Shown here one piece after another: positions 1 through 10,000 of a stretch of DNA of 49,196 nucleotides (positions within the stretch are counted from its first letter, which is position 1; the number at the start of each line of letters is the position of its first letter). The position numbers and the translations under genes were made by a program. The notes below the pieces were generated by a model that was not told where the DNA came from, made no database searches, and saw only the letters and a list, made by a program, of their open reading frames with translations. The stretch spans positions 1 to 49,196 of the forward strand of contig JAJRTN010000125.1 in assembly GCA_024278275.1 (NCBI GenBank). The letters run 5' to 3'. This DNA is from Candidatus Hydrogenedentota bacterium. GTDB taxonomy: Bacteria > Hydrogenedentota > Hydrogenedentia > Hydrogenedentales > JAJRTN01.

Positions 1-305
1 ACCTGGCACCAACGCTGGCGGATGATACTCACCGAGATTTTCGCCAAAATCCTCGGCGGAGAACCCCTGGCGAACCCCGATCCGCTGCCGGCGCCGACGT
101 AGCACGCGGTGCCGACCGGTTATTTCTTGACAGGTGCGACGCCCAAGAGGCCGCCGCACGGGCCGCTACTGCCTTTTCTAGGTTCAATTTTGCAAATGCC
201 TCTTCCCTATCCGTGCGGTTCCTCCTTCTCCAGCACCATTCCGTAATGGTAAGGCGGCAAGGCCACCAGGGCCGGGGGGAGCAGGCGAAACCCCGCGTTC
301 TCGGC

Positions 306-791
306 CTAGTTTCGGCATTGATCAGGGCGAGGCCGTATCGCCATCGACGGGCCGCGGGGTGTATTGGCATCATAATTCCAGTGCATGATCGCCACTTTTC
401 CTTCCGGTCGAAGCACGCGATACGCTTCCGCCAGAAGCGTGCCGGGCCGTTCGGCATGGAGGATATTGAAGAGCATGGCGTAATCGACACTGCCATCGGG
501 CAAGCCCGTTCCCTCGGCGACGAAGTCCCGCGGACATGTATTCACGTTCGAGAGGGATGCCGCTTTCGCCTTCGCCCGGACCGCGTCAATCATCTTGGGA
601 TCTATGTCCAGTGCATGAACGGAGCCCGCCACGATGCGTGCCGCAGGGATGGTGAATGTACCGTACCCGCAGCCAAAGTCGACCACATCCCTACAATCCG
701 GCGTCAGACCGAGTGCGGAAAGCACGGCCGGCGGATCAAAGAAACGGTTCCATGTGGCTTCGACGGGCATGCCGCTTTCCCGTGTTTTCAT
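306..791 (-). CDS. class I SAM-dependent methyltransferase
   Basis: The ORF contains the glycine-rich SAM-binding motif VVDFGCGYGTFT and a downstream acidic loop (ALDIDP). The start was moved to the internal ATG (MKTRESG) because the upstream part of the ORF is low-complexity. The stop codon is TAG. Confidence 0.6.
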   Translation of the reverse strand: MKTRESGMPVEATWNRFFDPPAVLSALGLTPDCRDVVDFGCGYGTFTIPAARIVAGSVHALDIDPKMIDAVRAKAKAASLSNVNTCPRDFVAEGTGLPDGSVDYAMLFNILHAERPGTLLAEAYRVLRPEGKVAIMHWNYDANTPRGPSMAIRPRPDQCRN

Positions 792-972
792 GGGCCATGT
801 TCCTTCCTCGTTCCGGCACCTTGTTGTATCGAACGTGGCCGAGAGAGATGCCTGATGTCGCCCAAGCCACTGTTCCTGTTTTCGTTCCCACGGAAGCCCC
901 GTGGGAAAGCATGCCGCGGGCGTCCTGTCCCCCGGAGCACCGCCCGTAGTCAGCCTTAGTCCGGCCAAAACC

Positions 973-1386
973 TCACCGCTCCAGGAAAGCCCGTCCTGCC
1001 TCGTTTGGTTCCTCAAGCCGCCCGCGCATCCAGCGGCAGCAATTCTCCGCCCCGCAATGGCAGGGGAATTGAAATTCGATCACGTCCTCCGTGGCCCGGT
1101 AATCGATGGTGAGATAGTCGCCCGGACGAATGTCCCGTGTCGCCATGGCTTCCATGACGGTCACGTCAATGGCGAGATTCGGGTTGCAGCCGTGGAGCAG
1201 GAACCGGCAGAACCACGGGTCGTGGAGGTGCAGTGTCGGTATTATCTGAATCGTGTCGATGGTGGTGTGGTTCGTAAGAACCCCCGAAAGCCGGGCGACA
1301 CGCTCCCCCTTGCGGAAGGGCACTTTACTTCGGAGTCCCCGGCCCCGCGCATCCCCCGTGTCCACAATCTCGAATTGATCGGACAT
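973..1386 (-). CDS. SET-domain protein (putative protein-lysine methyltransferase)
   Basis: The protein carries a SET-domain C-terminal signature (FLLHGCNPN, Y..TIDY) and a Cys-rich post-SET motif (CHCGAENCC). The start was chosen at MSDQFEIVDTGDARGRGL, which resembles the SET N-terminus (GRG motif). The long upstream extension of the ORF is unlikely to be coding. Confidence 0.55.
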   Translation of the reverse strand: MSDQFEIVDTGDARGRGLRSKVPFRKGERVARLSGVLTNHTTIDTIQIIPTLHLHDPWFCRFLLHGCNPNLAIDVTVMEAMATRDIRPGDYLTIDYRATEDVIEFQFPCHCGAENCCRWMRGRLEEPNEAGRAFLER

Positions 1387-1848
1387 GGGGTGGCCTTCTT
1401 CCCGGGGTATGAGGCGATCATACAACGGGACGGCCTCTTCGCTTCCCCGTTGGCACGATTCGCTCTCGGGCATTCTGCTCATCCTGTGATCCTTTCGGGT
1501 TTTTCGTGGGCGTTCGCCGGCTTGTTCACATGGGCCGGCAGCCCGCGCACTGAACAAACGCTGGATCGCGACGAGTACGTTCGAGATGACAATGCAGCGG
1601 CAGGCCACCCCGTTGTTATCATCGAACATACTCGGAGGAATATGTGAAATCAAGGGCGGCATCCCCGAATTGGGGGATTGATTACGTGCCATCCGCAGAA
1701 TGTCGCTTTACGCCGGCGGCAGGTAATGTTGTGCGCTCCGTGAAGGGCTGGGTGGGCAAGCATATATTGGACGATTTGTACAGAACGTCACGGGTAAGGG
1801 ACTTTCCCGGCCAGGCAGGGTTCGGTAAAGCGCTGATCTCCGCTTCAA

Positions 1849-1875
1849 TGAATAGCCACCCCTACCCTTTCGTCT
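1849..1875 (+). promoter_or_regulatory. candidate ECF-type promoter (GAAT-N17-CGTCT) upstream of the ECF sigma gene
   Basis: tGAATa at 1849-1854 is separated by 17 nt from CGTCT at 1871-1875, about 30 nt before the ATG at 1905. This resembles an autoregulated ECF promoter (GGAAC...GTCT class), but the match is only partial. Confidence 0.25.
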
Positions 1876-1904
1876 GGTTTAACATACGGAAGGGACGGAT
1901 AAAC

Positions 1905-2546
1905 ATGAGTCTGGCACTGGAGATAGGCGTGCGGTATGATAGCCTTCTTGTGAGCAGCCCCTATGAGGACCATCCGCCCCAGGTGAGAACGCTTGAAGAC
2001 AGTGAGCTGGTTTCCCGTGCGCAGCAGGGTGATGTACAGGCTTTCGAGGTGCTGGTCAATCGGTACCGGAATGATGTGTTTGCCCTGAGCACGCGCTTTG
2101 TGCGGAACCGGGAAGAGGCGTGGGACATCTCCCAGGAGGTCTTTGTCAAGGCTTATCGTTCGTTGAAACGTTTTCGGGGTGATGCCGGGTTCAAGACCTG
2201 GCTGCTTCGGATTACGGCGAATCACAGTAAGGACTGGCTTAAAAAGCGGCGGCTGGATACCGTCGCCTTCGACGACCGCATTGAATCCGGGGCGACCAGT
2301 TCGCGGCCTGACCCCGGGCAGTCCGCCGTGGCGCGGGAACTGGGCGAGACCATCCAGAAGGCCATCGACCAGTTACCCCACAAACACAAGCTGGCTTTCG
2401 TCCTGCGGGAGTTCGAAGGACTCTCCTACCAGGAAATGGCCGAAGTGATGCAATGCAGCCAGGGCACCGTCATGAGCCGTTTGCATCACGCGCGAAAGAA
2501 ACTGCAAAATGCCCTCACCGAAATGGGTGTAAGAGGGGGCGGATGA
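1905..2546 (+). CDS. RNA polymerase sigma-70 factor, ECF subfamily
   Basis: Region 2 is recognisable (DVFALSTRFVRNREEAWDISQEVFVKAYRSLKRF), as is the region 4 HTH (LSYQEMAEVMQCSQGTVMSRLHHARKKL). The start is set at the ATG of MSLALE at 1905, which gives 213 aa. The 5' part of the ORF upstream of that ATG was judged non-coding. Confidence 0.8.
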   Translation: MSLALEIGVRYDSLLVSSPYEDHPPQVRTLEDSELVSRAQQGDVQAFEVLVNRYRNDVFALSTRFVRNREEAWDISQEVFVKAYRSLKRFRGDAGFKTWLLRITANHSKDWLKKRRLDTVAFDDRIESGATSSRPDPGQSAVARELGETIQKAIDQLPHKHKLAFVLREFEGLSYQEMAEVMQCSQGTVMSRLHHARKKLQNALTEMGVRGGG

Positions 2547-2995
2547 TCATGAAACAGTGCCGCTATACCAGCCAGATTGAAGCCGTTTTTGATGGCGAGC
2601 AAAAGGGAACGCCCGAGTTGGAGCGTCACCTGGAAACCTGCCCCGTCTGCTCCGCTACGCTGGCTTTCCTGAAGCAGTTGCGCGAAGGCGTGAAGCACAT
2701 TCCCCACCCCGAGCCCGTCGCGGATCCCCAGTTCCCGGCTTTCATGGCCGGTGTCCGCGAAGCGCTTGACACCCCGGATCGTCGTCCCCGGGGCTTTCTG
2801 GCCGTGGCCTCCCTGATGACGGCGGCCATGGTGGTGGCTCTCGCCACGTTCGTCATGATCAAGGGAGGTCCCGACCCCGTGCGTGCCACGGAGGTGGAAG
2901 TAAGCACCGATATCGAGGGTGCCGAGGTGGGTTGGTACGACTCCGAGGATGACAGCATCACCATCTGGATCAACATGGCGGAGGACGATCTTTGA
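2543..2995 (+). CDS. anti-sigma factor (zinc-finger, single-pass membrane)
   Basis: The start overlaps the sigma-factor stop by 4 nt (ATGA). An H-x3-C-x2-C motif (HLETCPVCS) typical of ZAS-type anti-sigma N-domains is present. A hydrophobic transmembrane helix follows (FLAVASLMTAAMVVALATFVMI). Confidence 0.6.
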   Translation: MIMKQCRYTSQIEAVFDGEQKGTPELERHLETCPVCSATLAFLKQLREGVKHIPHPEPVADPQFPAFMAGVREALDTPDRRPRGFLAVASLMTAAMVVALATFVMIKGGPDPVRATEVEVSTDIEGAEVGWYDSEDDSITIWINMAEDDL

Positions 2996-3456
2996 GTCTT
3001 GCGGGCATGGTAATCCTGGTGGCTGTATGCACGGCGTCTCCGGGGGAGGAGGTACCCATCTCCCTGTGGGCCATGGACGCCAGCGTGGAAGGCCGGGGAG
3101 ACGTGAAGTACTTCGACCACGACCTGGCGCCTATTCGATCCACGGTGCGGGGCCTTCCATTCGATACCTACCGGAGCGTTAAGGTGGCCCGGATCCGGGC
3201 GATAGAAGGCGCTGAAACCAAGATCGCCATCAACCGGCGCTATATCCTCTATCTCAAGCCTCTCGAAAAGACCCACAAGGATACGCTGCGTCTCTCCATC
3301 CGCGTGGAAAAACTTCCGGAAAAGCCCTACGGCAGAAACACCAAGCCCGTGAACGCCTTCTCCACCCGCGTCGAACTGAAGCCGGGGCAAAAGATCAAGT
3401 TCCAGGGGTTGAAAAACGGGGACAAGGAATTGATTATCATCCTGCAGGTGCGGTGA
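2992..3456 (+). CDS. hypothetical exported protein, third gene of the ECF sigma/anti-sigma operon
   Basis: A TTG start overlaps the anti-sigma stop (TTGA). The N-terminus is hydrophobic (MVILVAVCTASPG). No recognisable domain was found. Confidence 0.4.
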   Translation: MSLAGMVILVAVCTASPGEEVPISLWAMDASVEGRGDVKYFDHDLAPIRSTVRGLPFDTYRSVKVARIRAIEGAETKIAINRRYILYLKPLEKTHKDTLRLSIRVEKLPEKPYGRNTKPVNAFSTRVELKPGQKIKFQGLKNGDKELIIILQVR

Positions 3457-3682
3457 GCAGGTGTCTTGCCCCCGAAGAACGGTCCTTGGTTATGCTTTGA
3501 CTGGCTTACCGTTGGGGCGGTGTCGGTTTGCCCACCTGGCGCAGCTCGCCGTTTGTTGGTGTTTCCCCGCAAATGGGTATGCGACCTGGAATCTGCCGCC
3601 TTGCCGTCCTTTTTTCCGTTTCACCGCGCAGGGCTGCGTTCTTGGGTATTGCTCCCTCCCCTGAGCCACGTAAGCGATGGGG

Positions 3683-4888
3683 CTACTGCTTTCCCGCCTT
3701 CACCCACGCTTCATTGAAGGCCACGTGTTTGATGCTGCTTCCGTCGGTGTCACGTTTACGCCAGGAGTAGGTGCAGTGGACAAGGCCATCCCTCGACTCG
3801 GTCACCGATGGATAGGAAAAGGAGCCACCGTCCCCGGGTTCATCCTCCAGGGGGCGCGACCAGGGCCAGGTGGCGCCTTCGTCGGGCGAGAGGTAGGCCG
3901 ATAACCGATGTCGTCCATCGGCGAGGTCGTTGCAGACCAGCAGCCAGTTGCCGCTCTTCAGGGGTATGCATTCGACACTCGAACCCGGGTTGCGTATTTT
4001 CAGCCGGGCCAGCGGCGACCACGTAATCCCGCCGTCTTTCGAGGTTGCGGTGGGGAGGTAGTTCAACAGGCCATTGTCGCGCATGAAGGCCATGATATCC
4101 CCGTTTTTCTTCACCACGAAACTCGGCTGGATGTTGCCGATGTTTGCCGCGTCCGGGTCGAGAATGGGCTCGCTGAAGGTCCAGGTCTTCCCCCAGTCCC
4201 CGGTGAAAGCCGCGAGGGCACAATTGAAGACATCGGAGTACAGGCCCAGCATCATGCGAGAATCGGAGGTCATGATGGGATGGATACGCGTCATCCATCC
4301 CAGGCGGCGCGACAGTTTATCGTGGCTCGCGGCGCGGGCCGCGTCCACTTCCTTCCGAAGCGTTTCGTTGGTGTCGATGACGGTTTTCAAGTCGCCGGTG
4401 ATGGCGTCAAGCATCTCGTTGTACCGTTGCTCAAGGTTCAGGGGGCGTGTGTGGACAATATCCTGCCAATTCCAGCGGGGAGGCCCTTCGCCCTCGAAAT
4501 CCGTGCTTGTGCGGTATTTAAGCAAGGCTCCGCCCCACTGGTTGTCTTGTATGGCCACCCAGAAGAGCCATAGCGTGCCGCGGGGATCCACGAAGAGCAC
4601 CGGATTGCAGTCGGGCAGGTCCGGCGTGTCCGCCATGGGGAAGGGCTTCGACCATGCCGTATTGCCTTTGGCCCGCTGTTCCGCGGTCAGCCGCGCTCCC
4701 ATGAGCTGTACGTCATCATTCTGGCGTTCGCCCGTGCCGTGGAACCACACCGCCAGGAGCGCGCCGCCGGGCGTTTCGACCAGGCTGGAGCCATGATTGT
4801 GCAGGGGCTGGGGCGGGAAGATGAGTTCCCCCTGGTGGCAGGCCCCGGGTGCGCAGAAAAGCAGGGCAACAAGGCTTGCGGTGAGCAT
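3683..4888 (-). CDS. BNR/Asp-box repeat protein, sialidase-like (GH33-like) exported enzyme
   Basis: Three Asp-box motifs of S-x-D-x-G-x-T-W type are present (TGDWGKTW, SKDGGITW, SPDEGATW). An N-terminal signal peptide is visible (MLTASLVALLFCAPGA). The stop codon is TAG. Confidence 0.6.
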   Translation of the reverse strand: MLTASLVALLFCAPGACHQGELIFPPQPLHNHGSSLVETPGGALLAVWFHGTGERQNDDVQLMGARLTAEQRAKGNTAWSKPFPMADTPDLPDCNPVLFVDPRGTLWLFWVAIQDNQWGGALLKYRTSTDFEGEGPPRWNWQDIVHTRPLNLEQRYNEMLDAITGDLKTVIDTNETLRKEVDAARAASHDKLSRRLGWMTRIHPIMTSDSRMMLGLYSDVFNCALAAFTGDWGKTWTFSEPILDPDAANIGNIQPSFVVKKNGDIMAFMRDNGLLNYLPTATSKDGGITWSPLARLKIRNPGSSVECIPLKSGNWLLVCNDLADGRHRLSAYLSPDEGATWPWSRPLEDEPGDGGSFSYPSVTESRDGLVHCTYSWRKRDTDGSSIKHVAFNEAWVKAGKQ

Positions 4889-4903
4889 TGGGATATTCCT
4901 TTC

Positions 4904-5383
4904 TCAAGGGTTCGACTTGCGCCACCGGCCTTCGGTATCCAGGGGAATCCAGGCCTCGTCATGGGGATAACGCAGTTCGATCCATCCGGGCATGCGCTGC
5001 AGGGCTTCTCCGCGGAGTTGAAAATGGTACCGGCGCAGCCCGTCCACCCGTTCCGCGGTATGGTGGCGGCAGGTTGTTCCAAAGGAATCCCGGAGCAGAA
5101 TAGGCAAGGCCGCGTCATAGCCGGCCCAAGGTGCCTCAAGGGTGAAATCCACCGTGACCTCCCCCGCCTCGAGCACGACGGACACGGGATGCCCCGACCA
5201 GGCCGCCACGGGGCCCGCGCCGATCTGGCCCTTGATGTCTTCCTGGTAGCTCTCCCAGGTGGGTTTGCCGGCAGCGCAACGCCTGGCAATCTCCCCGGGC
5301 CCGACTTCAACATCTCCCTTCGAGGCGAGCCAGATAATTGACGCGGCAAATCCCATGATGAGCATGAAAATGGCGCGTTTCAC
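4904..5383 (-). CDS. hypothetical secreted protein
   Basis: The protein begins with a signal peptide (MKRAIFMLIMGFAASIIWLAS). It lies between the REC-GGDEF regulator and the BNR protein on the same strand, with 15-25 nt gaps. Confidence 0.45.
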   Translation of the reverse strand: MKRAIFMLIMGFAASIIWLASKGDVEVGPGEIARRCAAGKPTWESYQEDIKGQIGAGPVAAWSGHPVSVVLEAGEVTVDFTLEAPWAGYDAALPILLRDSFGTTCRHHTAERVDGLRRYHFQLRGEALQRMPGWIELRYPHDEAWIPLDTEGRWRKSNP

Positions 5384-5407
5384 GGGAGCGGCCTCCCGGT
5401 CGACACG

Positions 5408-6343
5408 TTAGCGATCACTGTGCCGGCGATCCACGAAGATGACACTCTTGGCCTTGGTGGGTTGGGCTTTCTGCCGTACTTGCGCCAGTACCTCGAAGAA
5501 CTTCTTGGCGCTCTTGAATTGACGGTACTGGGTGTGGGCCACGCCAATGGAGAGGGCCATGATGGGGCAGCGTACCTCGCGGCCCCGTTTATCCACGGCG
5601 GTGATGTAGCCCTGGTCGAGTTCTTCGCGTGTATAAAGGTTTCGTACCTCACGGTCGAAGGTCTCCGCGAGCCCTTCGGCGAACCGTTCGTGGTCCTCCA
5701 ATTTGAGGAGGGCGACGAAATGCTCCCCGCCCATGTGGGCGAGAAAGGACTCGTAAATCCCCATGCTTCGCGTAAACTGCACGAGCGTTTTGGACATGAA
5801 CTCCAGCGCCTGTTGCTGCCCCTCGGGGCCGCGGGCCGCGCAGAAGGGTTTGAAGCCCACCATGTCGATATACACGGTGGCGATGGCGTTGTCCCGGGCG
5901 AGCTGATGATTAATCTCCCGCTTGATGGCCTCCGTGCCCGGCAGGCCGGTAACCCGGTTCCGGTTGTTTACGGAGGCCAGGAGGGCGTTCACCGAGGCGA
6001 TTTTGTCCATCAGTCGTTCGAGCTTAAAGGGCTTCACCAGGTAATCATCCGCGCCCTGTTCCAGGCCGTGGAGGATTTCCGGCTCCTCGCCCAGGGCGGT
6101 CAGAATAAGTACGGCAATGCGGTATAACTCGGGGTCGCGGCGAAGCTTGCGGCAAATCTGATATCCGGTGATACCGGGGAGCATGATATCCAAAATGCAG
6201 ATATCGGGCTTTACCTGTTTGGCGTATTCAAAGGCCCCCTCCCCGGTGTTGATGACGAAGGTCTGGTGCCCTTCCGCGGTAAGCTTCGTTTTGATCAGTT
6301 CGGCGAGATCCACATCATCATCAACCAGTAGAATCTTGCTCAT
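5408..6343 (-). CDS. response regulator, REC domain fused to a degenerate GGDEF domain (GGEHF)
   Basis: The start is at MSKILLVDDD with the phospho-acceptor region (ICILDIMLPGITG). The C-terminal part shows GGDEF-fold motifs (RVTGLPGTEAIKREI ... YIDMVGFKPF ... HMGGEHFVALL). The signature reads GGEHF instead of GG(D/E)EF, and no RxxD I-site is present upstream. Confidence 0.7.
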   Translation of the reverse strand: MSKILLVDDDVDLAELIKTKLTAEGHQTFVINTGEGAFEYAKQVKPDICILDIMLPGITGYQICRKLRRDPELYRIAVLILTALGEEPEILHGLEQGADDYLVKPFKLERLMDKIASVNALLASVNNRNRVTGLPGTEAIKREINHQLARDNAIATVYIDMVGFKPFCAARGPEGQQQALEFMSKTLVQFTRSMGIYESFLAHMGGEHFVALLKLEDHERFAEGLAETFDREVRNLYTREELDQGYITAVDKRGREVRCPIMALSIGVAHTQYRQFKSAKKFFEVLAQVRQKAQPTKAKSVIFVDRRHSDR

Positions 6344-6980
6344 GCAACGCCCTCTCCGCCGAACATCCGGGGTGCTCGGCCTTAACCCCCTGCCCGCCCT
6401 GTCATGCAACGCGAACAGCCCGAAACACGGTATATGCCATCCATTGACTAACTCGATTCTACTACACGGACTTCCGAACCGTCAAAAGCGGGCGGAAGGC
6501 GGTTTTCCCCTGGTCCTGCCGGGTCCACGTACCCGTCATGCGGGGGCAGGAACAAGATCCCCCTTTTTCGTTGACCGAAGATGGACTTGCTTCATCATGG
6601 ATCACCCTGTTGGGGCGGGGCATTCGCGCCGCCAACGGTCATGGGGGCGCATGTCCCATGACCGTTTTTTTCGGGGACCCACACATAAAACGATGGCCCG
6701 TTCGGGGGGAGCCGGATTGCCACGACCACCCGGGGTTTCCCGCAATGACGGCCCTTGGGCTCCGGCTACGCCAGGTTGGTGAAATGGTTGCCCGGTTAGC
6801 GGGAAAGCAGGAGCCTGGCCCGACCGGTCCGTTATTGATTTGGTCGCCATGGGGATTCCTTCCGTCTCGCCAATAGTCCTCCGATTATGCGCGGGGGGTA
6901 TGAATAGCGTAAGATAGTGATGTTGTTGTGGATGGTGTTTGGGCCGGTCCAATCCGAAAAAAGGGGCCGGTCGATATATT

Positions 6981-7009
6981 GTTGACAACGCTCCGTGAAA
7001 ATGGCATGA
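6981..7009 (+). promoter_or_regulatory. candidate sigma70-like promoter for the PKD/beta-helix lipoprotein gene
   Basis: TTGACA at 6981-6986 is followed by a 17-nt spacer and CATGAT at 7004-7009. It sits in a locally AT-richer stretch about 80 nt upstream of the ATG at 7089. The -10 element is weak. Confidence 0.25.
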
Positions 7010-7088
7010 TGAAACCATGTAATTTCGTGTCACCGGGAGACAGTCTGCAAGCCCTGTAGCGGGGCCTTTCCAATTGGGGAGTGTTCGA

Positions 7089-10000
7089 ATGTTCCATTAC
7101 AAACGTTGTCTCGCATGGGTCCTGATTCCGGCACTGCTCGTGACTATTCTGTCGGGCTGTCCACGCCTGCGCGATATTGGTGCCGCCATCCTCGCCGAAC
7201 CCCAGTCGCTCACCTTCGGCACGGAGACGAACACGCTGGTACTCAGTTTGGCCAAGAACGCCTCGGCGACAGGTCAAGGCCCCATTGTAATTGTGCCTAC
7301 GGCATCGTGGCTTTTGATTGATGACTGTGCCACGGCGGCCGATAACTGCCTGAGCGCCAGCCCCTTCGACAACGTCACCGTCAATGTCTCGGTGGACCGT
7401 TCGCGCATGGAATTGGGGGAGAATGAAGCGACCCTTATCGTTTATGCCGGCAATTCCCCGGTTGTTGAGATCCCGGTGAAAGCGACGGATATCCTCAAGG
7501 CGAGCTTCACGGCGACGCCCCGTCGTGTCGAGATTGGCGAAGTAATTCACTTTACCAACAACAGCGCGTCCACCGAAGCGTCCGGTCCCATTCTCAGCCA
7601 GGAATGGAACTTCGGCGACGGCTCATCGAGCAGCCAGGCGACGCCGCCCAACAAGATCTACAGTGCCCCGGGGCATTATGATATTGCCCTCACGGTTCGC
7701 ACGGCGACGACGGAAGAAACCTTGACGCAAGTGGCCTATGTTTCCGTTGGCGATGTGCGTCCCCTGGTGGACTTCTCGGCCGACCGGACTGTCATCGCGG
7801 AACGGCAGGCCGTTACGTTCACGGATGAAACCACCTTGTCGGACCGTCCGGACGTGGACCTGGCCGATTTCGTGGATTCCTGGCGTTGGGACTTCGGTGA
7901 CGGGACCACCAGCACGGAGCGTTCCCCCGCGCACCAGTATGCGTCGGTGGGGAATTACACGGTGAAGCTGACGGTGGTAACGCCCTTCGGTGAATACTCG
8001 GGCACCAAGGAAAACTTCATCCACGTGCAGCGGCGTTTGGGTCCGACCGCGGATTTCTTTCTGCCCGAGAGTCCCCTGCCCATCCGCCAACCGGTGCAGT
8101 TCACCGATCTCTCCGATCCGGGTTCTGATCCCATTACCCAATGGCTCTGGGATTTCGGTGACGGCACTTCGGGTAACGTGCAGGATCCGCAGCACACCTA
8201 TACCGAGGCCGGTACGTTCGACGTGAAGCTGACCGTAACCACGGCCTACGGGGTCAGTTCGAAGACCCGGAGCATCACCCTCCAGTTCCAGCCGCCCACG
8301 GCGGACTTCGAGGCTGATGATTTGACCCCGGCCGTGGGACAGGCCGTGCAATTCACCGATTTGGCGGTGCCGGGATCCGACCCCATCGTCTCCTGGACGT
8401 GGGATTTCGGCGATGGCACGACCAGCACGGACCGCGAGCCCCTTCACACCTACACGGCGGCAACGACGGAGCCCCTGACGGTTACGCTAACGGTGCGATC
8501 CACGGCATCGGCACCATTGAACACGGCAACGGCCGTAAAGACGGGCTATATCATGGTCTTCACGCCGCCCGCGCCGGCCTTTGATCTTGCGCTTACGGAG
8601 GAATTCGGTCGCGCAACGGATGACAACGCCAGTGTGATCACGGATGATCCCGTGACTTTCGTGAACCAAACGGTAGCGGGTACGGAAGATCAGATCGGGT
8701 ATTTCTGGGAGTTCGGTGACGAAACCACGAGCACCGAGACTTCGCCCGAACATACTTACACCGAACCCGGCATCTACACGGTGCGCCTGACAGCTTCCAC
8801 GGAAACGCAGCTTCAGCGGACTCAGCGGCTTATCACGGTGGATGCCCCCCCCACGCCGGATTTCAGCGCCACGCCGCGCACGGTTATTTCGGGTGCGGAA
8901 ATCCAGTTCAATGACCTCTCGGTGCCGGGCCGCGTGCCCGTGGCGGGCCAGGCGGAACCGAACACCGGCACCATCTCCGCATGGCTGTGGGACTTTGGCG
9001 ACGGGGAAAGCGCCGACGTTCAGAATCCCACCCATACCTATCCGCTGCCGGAGCAGTATGGCGTAACCCTTAGCATTTTCTTCCAGCATTCGGGCAGTGG
9101 TGCCAATCTGCGCGCCAGCCTTTCGCGGGACAGGTACATTACCATTCTCCAGCCTACGGATCTCGTGGTGAATACCCTTTCCGATATCGTGGACGGTGAT
9201 ACCCGGTCCATCGCCCATCTCATTCTGGATCCGGGCGAGGACGGCCTGTTCTCCCTGCGCGAGGCCATCGAGGCAACCAACAGCCAAACCGGCGCTGAGA
9301 CCATCCGTTTCTCGGTCGAGGGTACCATCTCGCCCAACGGCGATCTGCCCGCCATTACGGATGAAGGCACGACCATACTGGCCGAAGATAAGATTGTCCT
9401 TGATGGTGCCAACGCCACGACGGCGGGACTCACGTTGCAGGGTGTGGGCGCCTACATTTCGGGGTTGACTATCGTGAACTTCCCCGTTGCGGGCGTACTT
9501 CTCCAGGGGCCGTCGTCCATGGAGAACACGATCCGGGGCTGCCGCATTGGTAATGATGGCCTGGTGGCCGTGCCCAACGCCATCGGCGTCTTGATTGCCG
9601 ACGGTGCTTCCGGCAATTTCATCGGCGGTGCCGCGGCGAACGACCGGAATATCATTTCCGGCAACTTCTTCCAGGGGGTGTACATTGATGAAAGCGGTGT
9701 TTCCGAGTCCGCCGGCGGCAATGTCATCGAGGGCAATTACATTGGCGTGGACGACACGGGCTTGGCCGCGTTGCCCAATGACATGGGCATCTATATCGAC
9801 GAGAGCAGCGCCAACCTTATTGGCGGGTCGTCCGAGGGGTCGCGTAACGTGATTTCCGGCAACACCAAGGATGGCATTGTCATCACGGGAACCCGTTCCC
9901 TGTCCAACGCCATATACGGCAACTACATCGGTACCGACGCGAACGGTACCCAGGCGCTGGGTAATGGAGGCAGTGGCGTAGGGTTGCAGGCGGGCGCGAG

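Noticed and set aside
213-959. 248-aa plus-strand ORF and the 29-496 minus-strand ORF at the window start
   Set aside because: They overlap the methyltransferase gene in other frames or strands, carry no motif, and have Arg-rich composition typical of GC-rich noise.
3457-3682. Possible small RNA or tRNA in the 226-bp gap after the ECF module
   Set aside because: No tRNA-like cloverleaf or conserved motif was discernible. Only a weak hairpin (CGCAG-gg-CTGCG plus U-rich) was seen, which is insufficient to call.
7074-7092. GTTCGAAT sequence resembling a tRNA T-loop near 7083
   Set aside because: There is no acceptor-stem or anticodon-arm complementarity around it. It is simply the 5' end of the lipoprotein ORF.
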